The notes below the pieces were generated by a model. That model had not been told where the DNA came from and searched no databases. It saw only the letters and a program-made list of their open reading frames with translations. Positions 17,786 through 27,074 of a stretch of DNA of 64,000 nt are shown here, piece by piece. A program made the translations under genes and the position numbers. Origin of the DNA: an uncultured Armatimonadetes bacterium (GTDB lineage: Bacteria; Armatimonadota; Fimbriimonadia; Fimbriimonadales; Fimbriimonadaceae); NCBI GenBank assembly GCA_903927345.1, contig CAIYMO010000032.1:23758-87757 (forward strand), written 5' to 3'. The stretch's first letter is position 1, and each line of letters begins with the position of its first letter.

Positions 17786-18568
17786 ATGACCACCACACCA
17801 CTCGTCGACATTCAGGCCAGCCAAGATGAGCGCAATATCGCCATCGATAAAGTCGGCGTCAAGAAGGTCAAATACCCAATGCACGTCCGCGAGCGTGACA
17901 ATGGGCCACAGTACACCGTCGGAGATTTCACCCTCACCGTCGACCTCCCCAAGGAATTCAAAGGCACCCATATGAGCCGATTCCTCGAAGTCCTCGGCGA
18001 GCACAACCACGACATCAGCCCAGAGACGATCCCCGCGATCCTCGCCAAGCTAAGAGAGAAACTCAACGCCGAAACCGCCCACCTCGAGGTCTCATTCAAC
18101 CTCTTCAGAGGTAAAGCGGCACCGGTTACCGGCAAGGTCGGCATGATGGGCTACGATTGCGGCTTCATCGCCTCCGGTGGATCTAAGAACGATTTCTGGC
18201 TCCGCCTGGTCGTCCCGGTCACCACCCTCTGCCCTTGCAGCAAGGAGATTTCGGAGTTCGGCGCACACAACCAGCGCGGCTATGTCAGCGTCAAAGTGAA
18301 GACCAATGGAATCCTCTGGCTCGAAGACGTCATCGATATGATCGAGGCGTCTGGATCAGCCCAGCTCTACCCGGTCCTCAAGCGCCCCGACGAGAAGTTC
18401 GTCACCGAGCAAGCCTACAAGAACCCCCGATTCGTCGAGGACATGGTCCGCGAAGTCGCCCTCGCTTTCGATAAGGAAGATCGAATCTCTGCCTACGAAA
18501 TCGAAGTTGAAAACCACGAATCTATTCATGACCACAACGCCTACGCCCTTATCTCACGGGTCAAGTAA
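17786..18568 (+). CDS. folE2: GTP cyclohydrolase I type 2 (FolE2/MptA family)
   Basis: IDKVGVKKVKYPM..., KGTHMSRFLEVL and LCPCSKEIS motifs are typical of GTP cyclohydrolase IB. Confidence 0.9.
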   Translation: MTTTPLVDIQASQDERNIAIDKVGVKKVKYPMHVRERDNGPQYTVGDFTLTVDLPKEFKGTHMSRFLEVLGEHNHDISPETIPAILAKLREKLNAETAHLEVSFNLFRGKAAPVTGKVGMMGYDCGFIASGGSKNDFWLRLVVPVTTLCPCSKEISEFGAHNQRGYVSVKVKTNGILWLEDVIDMIEASGSAQLYPVLKRPDEKFVTEQAYKNPRFVEDMVREVALAFDKEDRISAYEIEVENHESIHDHNAYALISRVK

Positions 18569-18574
18569 TAGTTG

Positions 18575-18594
18575 CCTCCCTGGGATCAGGGAGG
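18575..18594. terminator. Hairpin CCTCCCTG-GGAT-CAGGGAGG between convergent folE2 and prfA
   Basis: 8-bp perfect stem read from the sequence. A second 7-bp stem (GAACCGG/CCGGTTC) lies at 18609-18636. Confidence 0.5.
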
Positions 18595-18652
18595 ATGGGA
18601 ATCGTAGTGAACCGGGAGAGTTAAAACTTCCGGTTCAAATCAAACGGGCGAG

Positions 18653-19720
18653 TTAAGCCGCTTCGTCCGATTCAGCCAGCTTACGAGCTTGGTCGTCTTG
18701 AACCAAGCCATCCAGCATTGACTGGATATCGCCGTCCATGAACGTATTGAGGTTGTGGACCGTGAACTTGATCCGGTGGTCTGTAATCCGGCTCTCGGGG
18801 AAGTGATACGTGCGAATCTTTTCGCTACGATCCCCCGATCCAACTTGTCCTTTTCGCATTCCCGAGCGCTCGGCCTGAGCCCGCTCAACTTCCGCCTGAT
18901 AAATCTTGGCGCGAAGAACTTCCATTGCTCGCAGTTTGTTCTGCGCCTGGCTTCGCTCGTCCTGACACGTCACCACAATGCCTGATGGCTTGTGAATAAT
19001 CCGAATCGCGGTCTCGTTCTTCTGCATGTGCTGTCCACCCGCAGAGGATGAACAGAACGTGCTGATTTCCAAATCCTTCGGGTCCACGTTGACATCAACT
19101 TCTTCAGCCTCAGGCAGAACCGCAACCGTTACCGTCGAAGTGTGGATTCGTCCCTGGCTTTCAGTAGCCGGCACGCGCTGAACTCGGTGGACACCAGACT
19201 CGAACTTCAGCTGATAGAACGCACCAACCGCGTCGATCTTGAAAACAACCTTGCTCGCACCGCCAATGCCACTCTCTTCAAGTTCAATGACCTCAACCTT
19301 CCAGCGTCGCCGCTCGCACCAGCGCGAGTACATCCGGAAGAGCTCGTTCGCAAACAGCGCTGCCTCGTCTCCGCCGGCAGCTGGGCGAATTTCGACAATA
19401 ACCGCCTTGTCGTCGTTGGCGTCTTTAGGAACCAGCATCAGCTTCAGCTTCTGCTCAAGTTCGTCGCGCTTCCCGCGAAGTGGCTCGATCTCCGCAAGCG
19501 CAAGCTCCTTCATCTCAGGATCGTTGACCATCTCCTCAGCCTGAGAAAGGTCGTCCAGAATCTTGCGGTACTCCCGGATTGCATCAACAATCGGAGATAG
19601 TTCAGCGCGAAGCTTCCCTACTCGTTGCATTTCCCGGGGGTTACTAACGATCGCAATATCGTTGTACTCAGCCTCAACGCCCTCGAACTTCTTCTCAATC
19701 TCAGCTAGTTTTGCGATCAT
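18653..19720 (-). CDS. prfA: Peptide chain release factor 1
   Basis: GGQ motif (SSAGGQHMQKNETAIRIIHKPSG) and the RF1-specific PAT tripeptide (RVPATESQGRIHTS). Single uninterrupted ORF. Confidence 0.95.
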   Translation of the reverse strand: MIAKLAEIEKKFEGVEAEYNDIAIVSNPREMQRVGKLRAELSPIVDAIREYRKILDDLSQAEEMVNDPEMKELALAEIEPLRGKRDELEQKLKLMLVPKDANDDKAVIVEIRPAAGGDEAALFANELFRMYSRWCERRRWKVEVIELEESGIGGASKVVFKIDAVGAFYQLKFESGVHRVQRVPATESQGRIHTSTVTVAVLPEAEEVDVNVDPKDLEISTFCSSSAGGQHMQKNETAIRIIHKPSGIVVTCQDERSQAQNKLRAMEVLRAKIYQAEVERAQAERSGMRKGQVGSGDRSEKIRTYHFPESRITDHRIKFTVHNLNTFMDGDIQSMLDGLVQDDQARKLAESDEAA

Positions 19721-19764
19721 ACAGCGAAGCGAAAGTGTACCGCCCCTCCTTTCCTACGCCGGAA

Positions 19765-21432
19765 CTATGCCGCCTTAGGCTTCTCAGGTTTTCCAATGCA
19801 CATGCGGTCTCGGCCCGTACGCTTGGCTTCATAAAGTCCCAAGTCGGCGTCATGCAAGACCGTCGCAATCGTATCGTGATGCTTCTTCACCTCGGACATA
19901 CCGATAGAGGCGGTCACAATTCGATCCGTCATAAGGTCGTCAACGCGGGTGGTTCGAATCGATGCCAAAACACGCTCCGCAACCCGGTGCGCAATTTCCA
20001 TATCTGTGCGATCAAGCAAGATGCAGAACTCTTCACCGCCCAAGCGACCAAGAAAGTCCGTGGGGCGCAAAACGCGCTGGCACGATTGAGTGAATCGGCG
20101 CAGAACCTCGTCGCCAACCGGGTGTCCGTAGTTGTCATTGATCGACTTAAAGTTGTCGATATCAACGACCAAAACAACCCCTGGCCGGCCTTGAGCGTGG
20201 AATCGAGCAACGAAGTCTGTACCAATTGCAAGGATGCGACGACGGTTCAGAACTCCGGTGAGCTCGTCAATCGTCGCCATCCGCTCCAGCTCTTGCTGAA
20301 GTTGCTCGCGCTCCCGGAGCGCCATTTCTAGCCTGTCGTTAATCGCCGCAAGCTCCACGTTCTTCGACTTCAATAGCCGAGATTCAGCTTCAACAAGTTG
20401 GACCTGGTGGATCGACTGCATCTCCCGAAGCCGCCGCTCGCTGTCTTCGCTAAAGATCTCCCGCTTGAGGGCAATCTGCTCGTGAAGCATGTCGAACGCC
20501 TTCTCGGCATTCCCAAGATTTCGGTAAACCTCGGCAAGCTGCTCCATCGTCTTCGACTCCTGGACTCGGTTGCCGCTCACGCGCGCCGTCCGCAGTGCCG
20601 CCTTGTAAGCGCGCTTCGCCGACAACGGCCGTCCCCGCTGGAACTGGAGTTTCCCACGGAAGTGCTGAAGGGCCCAAATCATGTAGGGCCGCTGGTTATC
20701 TACCGCGATGCGCATTCCCTTTCGCAAAGAAAGCAGAGCGGGCAATGTCTGCCCGTTAGCAAAAGAAATCTTGGCAATTGCAAGGCAAGCGTCGATCGCA
20801 TTGTTGTATGACCCTGCCTCCATTAGACTCACCAGTGCCGTACGCAACGCCTCAAGGTCCGACTCATTGCCGCCCAGCTCAAAGCTTGTCGATGCCACTG
20901 CAATTGTCGAAGCCCAGAAGATCGTGTCATTTGCACCACGTTCCGCCGCAACCTTCGCATGCTCAAAGTATTCGAGTGCCTTAAGCAGGTCTTCTCGCTC
21001 TTCAGCATTAACCCCCAGGTTAAACAGTGCAATTCCCGAAACGTAAAGGTTTCCGGATCGAGTTGCCTTCTCATGCGCCTCAGTCAGCACCATATGAGCG
21101 CGATGGAACAGCCCCTTGTGATGGTAGTAAAGTGAGAGCGTCATCAAGGCGCTGCACTCGCCATACTCATCGCCAATCTCACGGTAGATCGTGACGGCGC
21201 GCTCGGCATAGTCAAATCCTGCTTTGCGGTCCTGTTGCGAGACGAGGGTTCCCAACGTGCGAAGGGCATCCGCCTCCCCGCGGCGGTATCCAAGCTGTTT
21301 GGAATTGGAAAGAGTGTCGTTGCAGATCTTCTGCGCGCGATCCGGATCAAACGACCGGAGACGGTATGCCTCAGCATTCTTCGCATCGATCTTTGCGGTA
21401 TCCAGATTTAATCGATTCTCAGATCGTCTCAC
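19765..21432 (-). CDS. TPR-repeat diguanylate cyclase (GGDEF domain, GGEEF active site, RxxD I-site)
   Basis: C-terminal DELTGVLNRR ... RPTDFLGRLGGEEF ... YEAKRTGRDR. N-terminal helical-repeat region of about 370 aa. GTG start. Confidence 0.88.
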   Translation of the reverse strand: MRRSENRLNLDTAKIDAKNAEAYRLRSFDPDRAQKICNDTLSNSKQLGYRRGEADALRTLGTLVSQQDRKAGFDYAERAVTIYREIGDEYGECSALMTLSLYYHHKGLFHRAHMVLTEAHEKATRSGNLYVSGIALFNLGVNAEEREDLLKALEYFEHAKVAAERGANDTIFWASTIAVASTSFELGGNESDLEALRTALVSLMEAGSYNNAIDACLAIAKISFANGQTLPALLSLRKGMRIAVDNQRPYMIWALQHFRGKLQFQRGRPLSAKRAYKAALRTARVSGNRVQESKTMEQLAEVYRNLGNAEKAFDMLHEQIALKREIFSEDSERRLREMQSIHQVQLVEAESRLLKSKNVELAAINDRLEMALREREQLQQELERMATIDELTGVLNRRRILAIGTDFVARFHAQGRPGVVLVVDIDNFKSINDNYGHPVGDEVLRRFTQSCQRVLRPTDFLGRLGGEEFCILLDRTDMEIAHRVAERVLASIRTTRVDDLMTDRIVTASIGMSEVKKHHDTIATVLHDADLGLYEAKRTGRDRMCIGKPEKPKAA

Positions 21433-21439
21433 GCGAAAA

Positions 21440-21476
21440 CACCCTCCTCACGTAAGGTTGTGCCGTAAAGAGGGTG
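21440..21476 (-). terminator. Weak terminator/attenuator-like hairpin between the two GGDEF genes
   Basis: CACCCTC / GAGGGTG 7-bp stem with a 23-nt loop, followed on the minus strand by TTTT. It overlaps the GGAGG ribosome-binding site of the downstream cyclase. Confidence 0.3.
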
Positions 21477-21501
21477 CAAAGTGACCGGTAGGGATACCAG
21501 G

Positions 21502-23166
21502 TTAGGCGGCTTCTAGAGTTCGACTTTGGGCTGTTCGGAACGTGTTTCGACCAGCGCGCTTCGCCTCGTACAGAGCCATGTCTGCCAAGTGAAGGACGTC
21601 GTAGAAGGAGGCGTCGTGGTCGTGCACTTCTGCAATTCCAATGCTGACGCTGAACTGTCGATCCGGCAAGATATCGGCCATAAACATGACCTCGATCGCC
21701 TTCATCAAGCGGTTGACCGCCTGAATTGCGCCCGCCATGTCCGTGTCATGGTGAACGATACAGAACTCCTCACCACCAAGCCGGCCAAAGACGTCGAATC
21801 GTCGCAAAAGCGATTGGCAGCACTTGGTCAAACGGCGCAAGACCTCGTCGCCCGTAGCGTGACCAAACGTATCGTTGATCACTTTAAAGTGGTCAACGTC
21901 TATGACCGTGACCGAGAATGGAGCGCCCGTATGACGGTACCGTTCCATCTCCAAAATTCCATCGTTAACGATCTGTCGTCGGTTGACCGCACCCGTCAGT
22001 TCGTCTGTGGACGCAAGGCGCATCAATTCTTTCTGCAACTCAGTCTGCCGCTCAAGGGCAGTGTGCAACTGCTCATTGACCACTGTGAGCGACTCAGCCT
22101 GGAGTTTAGCTAGCGTTGCCTGCTCTGCAAGCTGGTTTGTACGATACAGCACCTCAAGCTCACGATGGCGAGCTTCCGAATCAGCACAAGCCAAGGTCTC
22201 CTTGATGCGGCAATGCTCCATCAAATTTTGATAAGCGGCCTGAAAATTGCCCAGTTGCTCTTCAACGTTTGCAAGCCGAAGCAAAACCTCGTGCTCTCCC
22301 AACTGATGGCCGGCCGCCTTCAACACCTTAACATGGTTCGTCAGCAGATTTTTCGCCCGGACAAGCTCACCGCTTCGAACAAAGCACTCCGCCCGGCTCG
22401 TCATCGCCCGCAAATACTCCCGAGTATTGCCAGTTGACTTGCAAAGCTGTCGACCTTGCCGATAAGCACGCACCCCACCGGCTCGATCACCCGTGGCCAT
22501 AAGATAGATGAACTGAGCCCGAAGAACTTGCACATGCCCAGCCCCGCAAACGAAGCCGCCCACGTTGTTGCCATAGTGATCTTCCTTAACCGCCATCAGC
22601 TGGGCGTAGTCAAAGAACTCTTCCTTTCCGTCCGCAAACAGGGTCGCGAGCTCGCCCATCGCGAGACCGAAAATCGTCAAATTGCGAATACTCAGCGCTG
22701 CACTCACTGCAGAGCGGAAATTCACACGCGCCTTCTCGCCCTCGTGATTCTGCAACTGGAACGAACCCAAGTTGTAAGCGCCAATCGCCTCGACATAGCG
22801 ATTTCCACTCTGAGTTGCCAACTCCAAGCACTTTTCCAGCGCAAGATACGCCATCTCAGTGCGTCCAGTGTTCGCGTAATAGATGAACAAAACCGGATAG
22901 GCACTGCAAGCCTCGTAAACATCGCCCTCAGCCAGCAAAATCTCAATCGACTTGACCGCATTCGCATAAGCCGAAGTCAAACAGACCGAAGCTCGAGCCG
23001 CCGCCAAAGTACGAAGCGCGCAGCCAATGCCACGCTTGTAATGAGCCTCTTCTGAAAGGCGCAAAGCCTCCTCGGCCAGCGAACCCGCTTCACCAGAAGA
23101 TGCATTTCGGATCAGATACGCTTGCGCGTTCAGTCCATCAATATGCTTATGTAAGTCTGACCCCAA
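21502..23166 (-). CDS. TPR-repeat diguanylate cyclase (paralogue of 19765-21432)
   Basis: DELTGAVNRR ... RRFDVFGRLGGEEF ... YEAKRAGRNT. Same length and architecture as its neighbour. Confidence 0.88.
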   Translation of the reverse strand: MGSDLHKHIDGLNAQAYLIRNASSGEAGSLAEEALRLSEEAHYKRGIGCALRTLAAARASVCLTSAYANAVKSIEILLAEGDVYEACSAYPVLFIYYANTGRTEMAYLALEKCLELATQSGNRYVEAIGAYNLGSFQLQNHEGEKARVNFRSAVSAALSIRNLTIFGLAMGELATLFADGKEEFFDYAQLMAVKEDHYGNNVGGFVCGAGHVQVLRAQFIYLMATGDRAGGVRAYRQGRQLCKSTGNTREYLRAMTSRAECFVRSGELVRAKNLLTNHVKVLKAAGHQLGEHEVLLRLANVEEQLGNFQAAYQNLMEHCRIKETLACADSEARHRELEVLYRTNQLAEQATLAKLQAESLTVVNEQLHTALERQTELQKELMRLASTDELTGAVNRRQIVNDGILEMERYRHTGAPFSVTVIDVDHFKVINDTFGHATGDEVLRRLTKCCQSLLRRFDVFGRLGGEEFCIVHHDTDMAGAIQAVNRLMKAIEVMFMADILPDRQFSVSIGIAEVHDHDASFYDVLHLADMALYEAKRAGRNTFRTAQSRTLEAA

Positions 23167-23240
23167 TAGCGTAGCTTCCCCCCAAAACCTCTGGTTCCAA
23201 GGTTGAAAGCAAATCCCCCCGGTACCTTTACGGGGTTGGC

Positions 23241-23681
23241 TTAGGCTTCTGCGCGCTTCTTGATCGCCTCACTCGCCGCCTCAAGCTGAGACTTGACGAG
23301 GTGCAAAATCAACTTCTTAACAAGCGGACCCAACGTCGGAACGTTGTACTCGTAATCCAAGAACTGGTCAAAACGAGTCCCGCCGTTCTCTTCAGAGAAC
23401 TTCCAAGTACCTTCCATCTTGTCGTAATCGCCCTTCACCTGGCTGAACCGAGAAGAAGTCGTCGAGTCGTCCCAAATCTCTTCCTGAGTCCAGCGGACCT
23501 TCAGGTTGAACTGAGTGATCAATCCCACCCAGTCGGCAACCACGCGGCTCCCCTCACGCGAAGTTACAGTGAGGCTCTCGACCGCCTTCATATATTCGGG
23601 ATAACGCTCGCTATCCTTTGCAATCGCGTAGACTTTCTCTACGGGAGCATCAATCCAGATGGTTGTTTCGACAGTAGGCAT
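23241..23681 (-). CDS. SRPBCC family protein (polyketide cyclase/dehydrase, RatA/Coq10-like)
   Basis: 146 aa. IWIDAPVEKVYAIAKDSERYPEYM start is typical of Polyketide_cyc2 / RatA-like START-fold proteins. Confidence 0.8.
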   Translation of the reverse strand: MPTVETTIWIDAPVEKVYAIAKDSERYPEYMKAVESLTVTSREGSRVVADWVGLITQFNLKVRWTQEEIWDDSTTSSRFSQVKGDYDKMEGTWKFSEENGGTRFDQFLDYEYNVPTLGPLVKKLILHLVKSQLEAASEAIKKRAEA

Positions 23682-23801
23682 CTCAGTTGCGTCAAACTAT
23701 GTTGACGGTTCAGAGTCTACTCTTTGCCAACTTTTATCGTAGGAACCATTGTGGAGTCGTTGATTCAGGAAATGGCAAAAGCTCAAGGAGTGCCAACCCA
23801 A

Positions 23802-24821
23802 ATGAAAGCGGTGATTTTGGAAGCCCCCGGCGTCCTATCGCTCGGCTCCGTCGCCGTCCCATCTGTCGATCCCGGCGACATTCTCGTTAAAGTCGAGGCC
23901 GCCACCACCTGCGGAACCGATCTCAAGGCCTACCGACGCGGACATCCCCAAATCCCCATGCCCGGAGTCTTCGGTCACGAATACTCAGGAACCGTCGTCG
24001 CTGCCGGCGAAGGCGCAAAGTTCAATGTTGGCGACGCTGTCATGGGCGTCCACTCTGCCCCCTGCGGAGACTGCTTCTGGTGCCGCCGAGGTCAAGAAAA
24101 CCTCTGCGAATCAATCATGTCCTCCAAGGTCCTCGGCTCCTTCGCCGAATACCTCTTCGTCCCCAAGCGCATCGTCGAAAAGAACGTCTACTCAAAACCC
24201 GACAACGTTTCCTTCGAGATCGCCTCACTCCTTGAACCTTACTCCTGCGTCGCCCAAGCTGTCCGCGAAATGCAACTCGGCCTCGGAACCCCCAAAGGCC
24301 TCCACGAAGGCCTCCGAGTCCTCGTCATCGGCCCGGGAGCAATCGGTCTTCTCTTCGTCGCCGCCCTCAAGCAGATCGGCGTTGACCACGTCACCCTAGC
24401 CGGAAGAAACCCTTCCCGCCTAGCCGTCGGCAAACAGTTCGGCGCCGAAACTGTCAGCGTCAACGAGCTCAAGCCCGAAGGCTTCGGTTACGATGTCGTC
24501 GTCGAATGCACCGGCCAAGTCGAAGTCTGGGAAAAGAGCATTGACTACGTCCGACGCGGCGGAACCCTCGTCCTCTTCGGCGGTTGCGCCGGCGGAACAC
24601 GGGCATCCTTCGACACCAAACGCGTCCACTACGACCAAATTTCCATCCTCTCCCCCTTCCACTTCGGCACCCAAGCCGTCAAGCAAGCCCGACAATGGAT
24701 TCTCGAATCCAACGCCGACCTTTCCCTGCTCCTCAGCGGCGAAAGGAGCCTGGAAGAAGTAGAATCAACATTCAAAGATCTCGAGGCAGGAACCGGGATC
24801 AAATACGTCATTCGCCCATGA
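23802..24821 (+). CDS. Zinc-dependent alcohol/polyol dehydrogenase (MDR family)
   Basis: MKAVILEAPG..., catalytic-Zn GHEYSG, structural-Zn CGDCFWCRRGQENLC, Rossmann VIGPGAIGL. Alternative upstream starts lie at 23772 and 23724. Confidence 0.85.
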   Translation: MKAVILEAPGVLSLGSVAVPSVDPGDILVKVEAATTCGTDLKAYRRGHPQIPMPGVFGHEYSGTVVAAGEGAKFNVGDAVMGVHSAPCGDCFWCRRGQENLCESIMSSKVLGSFAEYLFVPKRIVEKNVYSKPDNVSFEIASLLEPYSCVAQAVREMQLGLGTPKGLHEGLRVLVIGPGAIGLLFVAALKQIGVDHVTLAGRNPSRLAVGKQFGAETVSVNELKPEGFGYDVVVECTGQVEVWEKSIDYVRRGGTLVLFGGCAGGTRASFDTKRVHYDQISILSPFHFGTQAVKQARQWILESNADLSLLLSGERSLEEVESTFKDLEAGTGIKYVIRP

Positions 24822-25777
24822 AGCTCGCACGATATGTCGGAGATGGCAAAGTCGCCATCATGGAAGAAGTTGAGCCAACCTGCCCCGAAGGCGGCCTGCT
24901 CATCCAAACCGAAGCCTGTGGCCTCTGCAGCGGCGAACTCATGTCGTGGTACATGGACAAAAAGGTTCCCCACGTCATCGGCCACGAAGTCAGCGGCATC
25001 GTCCTCGAATCCCAAGATCCCCGATTCCCCGTCGGCAGCAAAGTCTTCCCCCACCACCACGCCCCCTGCGGCGAGTGCGAATACTGCAAAACCGGTCGCA
25101 GCGTCCACTGTGCCCAGTGGAAGGCCACCAAGCTCAATCCCGGCGGAATGGCCGAGCGATTCGCCGTCCCCATCGGAAACCTCACCGACACCCTCATCAC
25201 CAACTCTCTCAGAGCCGTCGACGCCGCCCTCATCGAGCCCTTCGCCTGCGTCCTCAAAGCTCTCCGAGTCGCCCAACGCCAAGAAAAGCCCGCCGTCATC
25301 GGCCTCGGCGTTATGGGTCTCATGCACCTCATCGCCCTCGGCGAAGGCGCTGTTGGCTACGACATCAACCCCCTAAGGGTCGCCTGGGCAAAGCGCCTCG
25401 GCCTCGACGTCCGCCTCAGCAAGAGCCTCGAAGCCAACGCCCACGACACCATCTACGTCTGCCCCGGCACCCAACAAGCCTTCGAAGACGCCGTCCGAAT
25501 GGCCCAGCCCGGAGCGCGCATCTGCATGTTCGCACCCCTCGCCCCCGACCAAAAGCTCCAGGTCCCCCAAGAGGTCTATTTCCGCGATATCAGCATCGTC
25601 AGCGCCTACTCCTGTGGTCCCGAAGACACTCGCGCAGCCTGGGACCTCATCAACAAAGGCATCCTCAAAGCCGAGCAAGTGGTCAGCGATTTCATCGGTC
25701 TCGAAGACCTCCCCGGCGCATATCTGGCAATGAAGCGGGGCGAAATCCTTAAGCCAATGGTGATATTCCAAAACTAA
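24818..25777 (+). CDS. Zinc-dependent alcohol dehydrogenase (second MDR paralogue)
   Basis: MKLARYVGDGKV..., GHEVSG, CGECEYCKTGRSVHC, GLGVMGL. ATG 24818 overlaps the upstream TGA (ATGA). The ORF-track start at 24584 lies inside the previous gene. Confidence 0.85.
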   Translation: MKLARYVGDGKVAIMEEVEPTCPEGGLLIQTEACGLCSGELMSWYMDKKVPHVIGHEVSGIVLESQDPRFPVGSKVFPHHHAPCGECEYCKTGRSVHCAQWKATKLNPGGMAERFAVPIGNLTDTLITNSLRAVDAALIEPFACVLKALRVAQRQEKPAVIGLGVMGLMHLIALGEGAVGYDINPLRVAWAKRLGLDVRLSKSLEANAHDTIYVCPGTQQAFEDAVRMAQPGARICMFAPLAPDQKLQVPQEVYFRDISIVSAYSCGPEDTRAAWDLINKGILKAEQVVSDFIGLEDLPGAYLAMKRGEILKPMVIFQN

Positions 25778-25807
25778 ACCAGGAATAACTCGTCCAAACT
25801 AACAACG

Positions 25808-26980
25808 ATGATGCTTGCTACCGCGCTCTATATGGCAGGTTCGCTAGCGTTATTTGCTGGCGGAGACCAAGACGTCCAGAAAGTGGACGCCAAAAGACTC
25901 AAAGAGATCCAGGCCTTTGAGCGCGAACTTGATGAAGACCGCCGTATCGGCAAAGAAGCCGCCGAATACTACGACCAGCAGTTCAAGCCCTCAAAGGACC
26001 CCGCAAACCAAAAGCGCGTCGAAGAAATCGCTGCAAAACTCGCCCTCGTCGCCAACAGCCAAGCTGGGTTCAAAACCCTCTGGGGCGAAAAGCGCCAGTT
26101 CATGCTGGAATACAAATTCAAAGTCGTCGATAGCAAAGACATCAACGCCTTCTCCCTCCCCGGCGGATACATCTACGTCTACGACGGCCTCGTCAAGTTC
26201 TCCCAAAGCGACGACGAACTCGCCGGAGTCCTTGCCCACGAAATCTGCCACGCCTCCCAGCGCCACCTTGCTTACATGCAAAAAGAGCAAGGCAAGATGG
26301 GCGTCATCCAAATTCCCCTGATCCTCGCCTCCATCCTCACCGGCTCAAACGCCGGACTCATGGCGGGCAGCCTCGTCGGAACCGCGATGACCAACGGCTG
26401 GAGCGTCAAAGCCGAAGAAAGCGCCGACAACGGCGGAGCCCAGCTCATGATCGCCACCGGCTACAACCCAACGGCAATGATCACCTTCATGGAGCGCCTC
26501 CAAATGGAACAGGGCACCATGGAAAAAGTCGTGGACCTCGGCATCTTCCGAACCCACCCACCCTCCCGCAAACGCGCCGAGTCGATTGAGACCTACATGA
26601 AGTCAAACTCGATCCCGGTCCGCCGAAGCGCAGTCACCGCTTCCTTCCGCGTCACCGCCACCGAGTTCAAACCCGGAACCTATCTCCTCAAATTCGGCGA
26701 GCGAAAACTCTTCGCCGTCGGTGGAGATAACCCCAAAGCAAAAGCCGCTGAACTCACCAAGCGCCTCAACGACTTCTTCGACACCGTCCCCGAAATGTAC
26801 GAAATCACCATCGGCGACCAAGGCGAGGTCTTCGGACGCAGCAAACTCCTCGTCAGATTCGACGAAGACGACGCCGAAGTCAACGCCAGCACGGTGCAAA
26901 AAATGCAAGAAGACGCCAGCAAAGCCCTCCGCTCCTGCGCCTTCAGCCTCGCCTATCACATCTGGGAAGGCAGGGGTTAG
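25808..26980 (+). CDS. M48 family metallopeptidase (secreted or membrane-associated)
   Basis: N-terminal hydrophobic signal. HEICH (HExxH) within LAHEICHASQRH; INAFSLPGGYIYV is typical of M48. C-terminal region of about 140 aa is unassigned. Confidence 0.85.
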   Translation: MMLATALYMAGSLALFAGGDQDVQKVDAKRLKEIQAFERELDEDRRIGKEAAEYYDQQFKPSKDPANQKRVEEIAAKLALVANSQAGFKTLWGEKRQFMLEYKFKVVDSKDINAFSLPGGYIYVYDGLVKFSQSDDELAGVLAHEICHASQRHLAYMQKEQGKMGVIQIPLILASILTGSNAGLMAGSLVGTAMTNGWSVKAEESADNGGAQLMIATGYNPTAMITFMERLQMEQGTMEKVVDLGIFRTHPPSRKRAESIETYMKSNSIPVRRSAVTASFRVTATEFKPGTYLLKFGERKLFAVGGDNPKAKAAELTKRLNDFFDTVPEMYEITIGDQGEVFGRSKLLVRFDEDDAEVNASTVQKMQEDASKALRSCAFSLAYHIWEGRG

Positions 26981-27074
26981 TTACGACCTCGGTTACATCA
27001 TGCTTGCGATTCCCGGAACAGTCGCGCCTGAGACCACGTTGAGCCTTGTCTTCAGAAGCGTCTAGACTTGTTGG

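Noticed and set aside
16618-17811. Very long antisense ORFs opposite well-supported genes: 397 aa opposite glcF, plus 11749-12615, 8809-9597, 14502-15230, 24629-25327, 44367-45242, 49049-49762 and 55209-55949.
   Set aside because: Their translations are low-complexity (Gly/Asp/Glu/Val/Arg/Pro-rich) with no recognisable motifs. They lie entirely inside genes with strong family signatures. Open antisense frames of this kind are an expected by-product of GC-rich codon usage.
18653-19720. Programmed +1 frameshift, as in release factor 2.
   Set aside because: The protein carries the RF1-specific PAT motif and is encoded by one uninterrupted ORF, so no frameshift site is needed.
23241-23681. RatA-like toxin of a toxin-antitoxin pair.
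   Set aside because: There is no small adjacent antitoxin-like ORF. The gene is monocistronic between a GGDEF gene and a divergent dehydrogenase. An SRPBCC lipid- or quinone-binding role is at least as likely.
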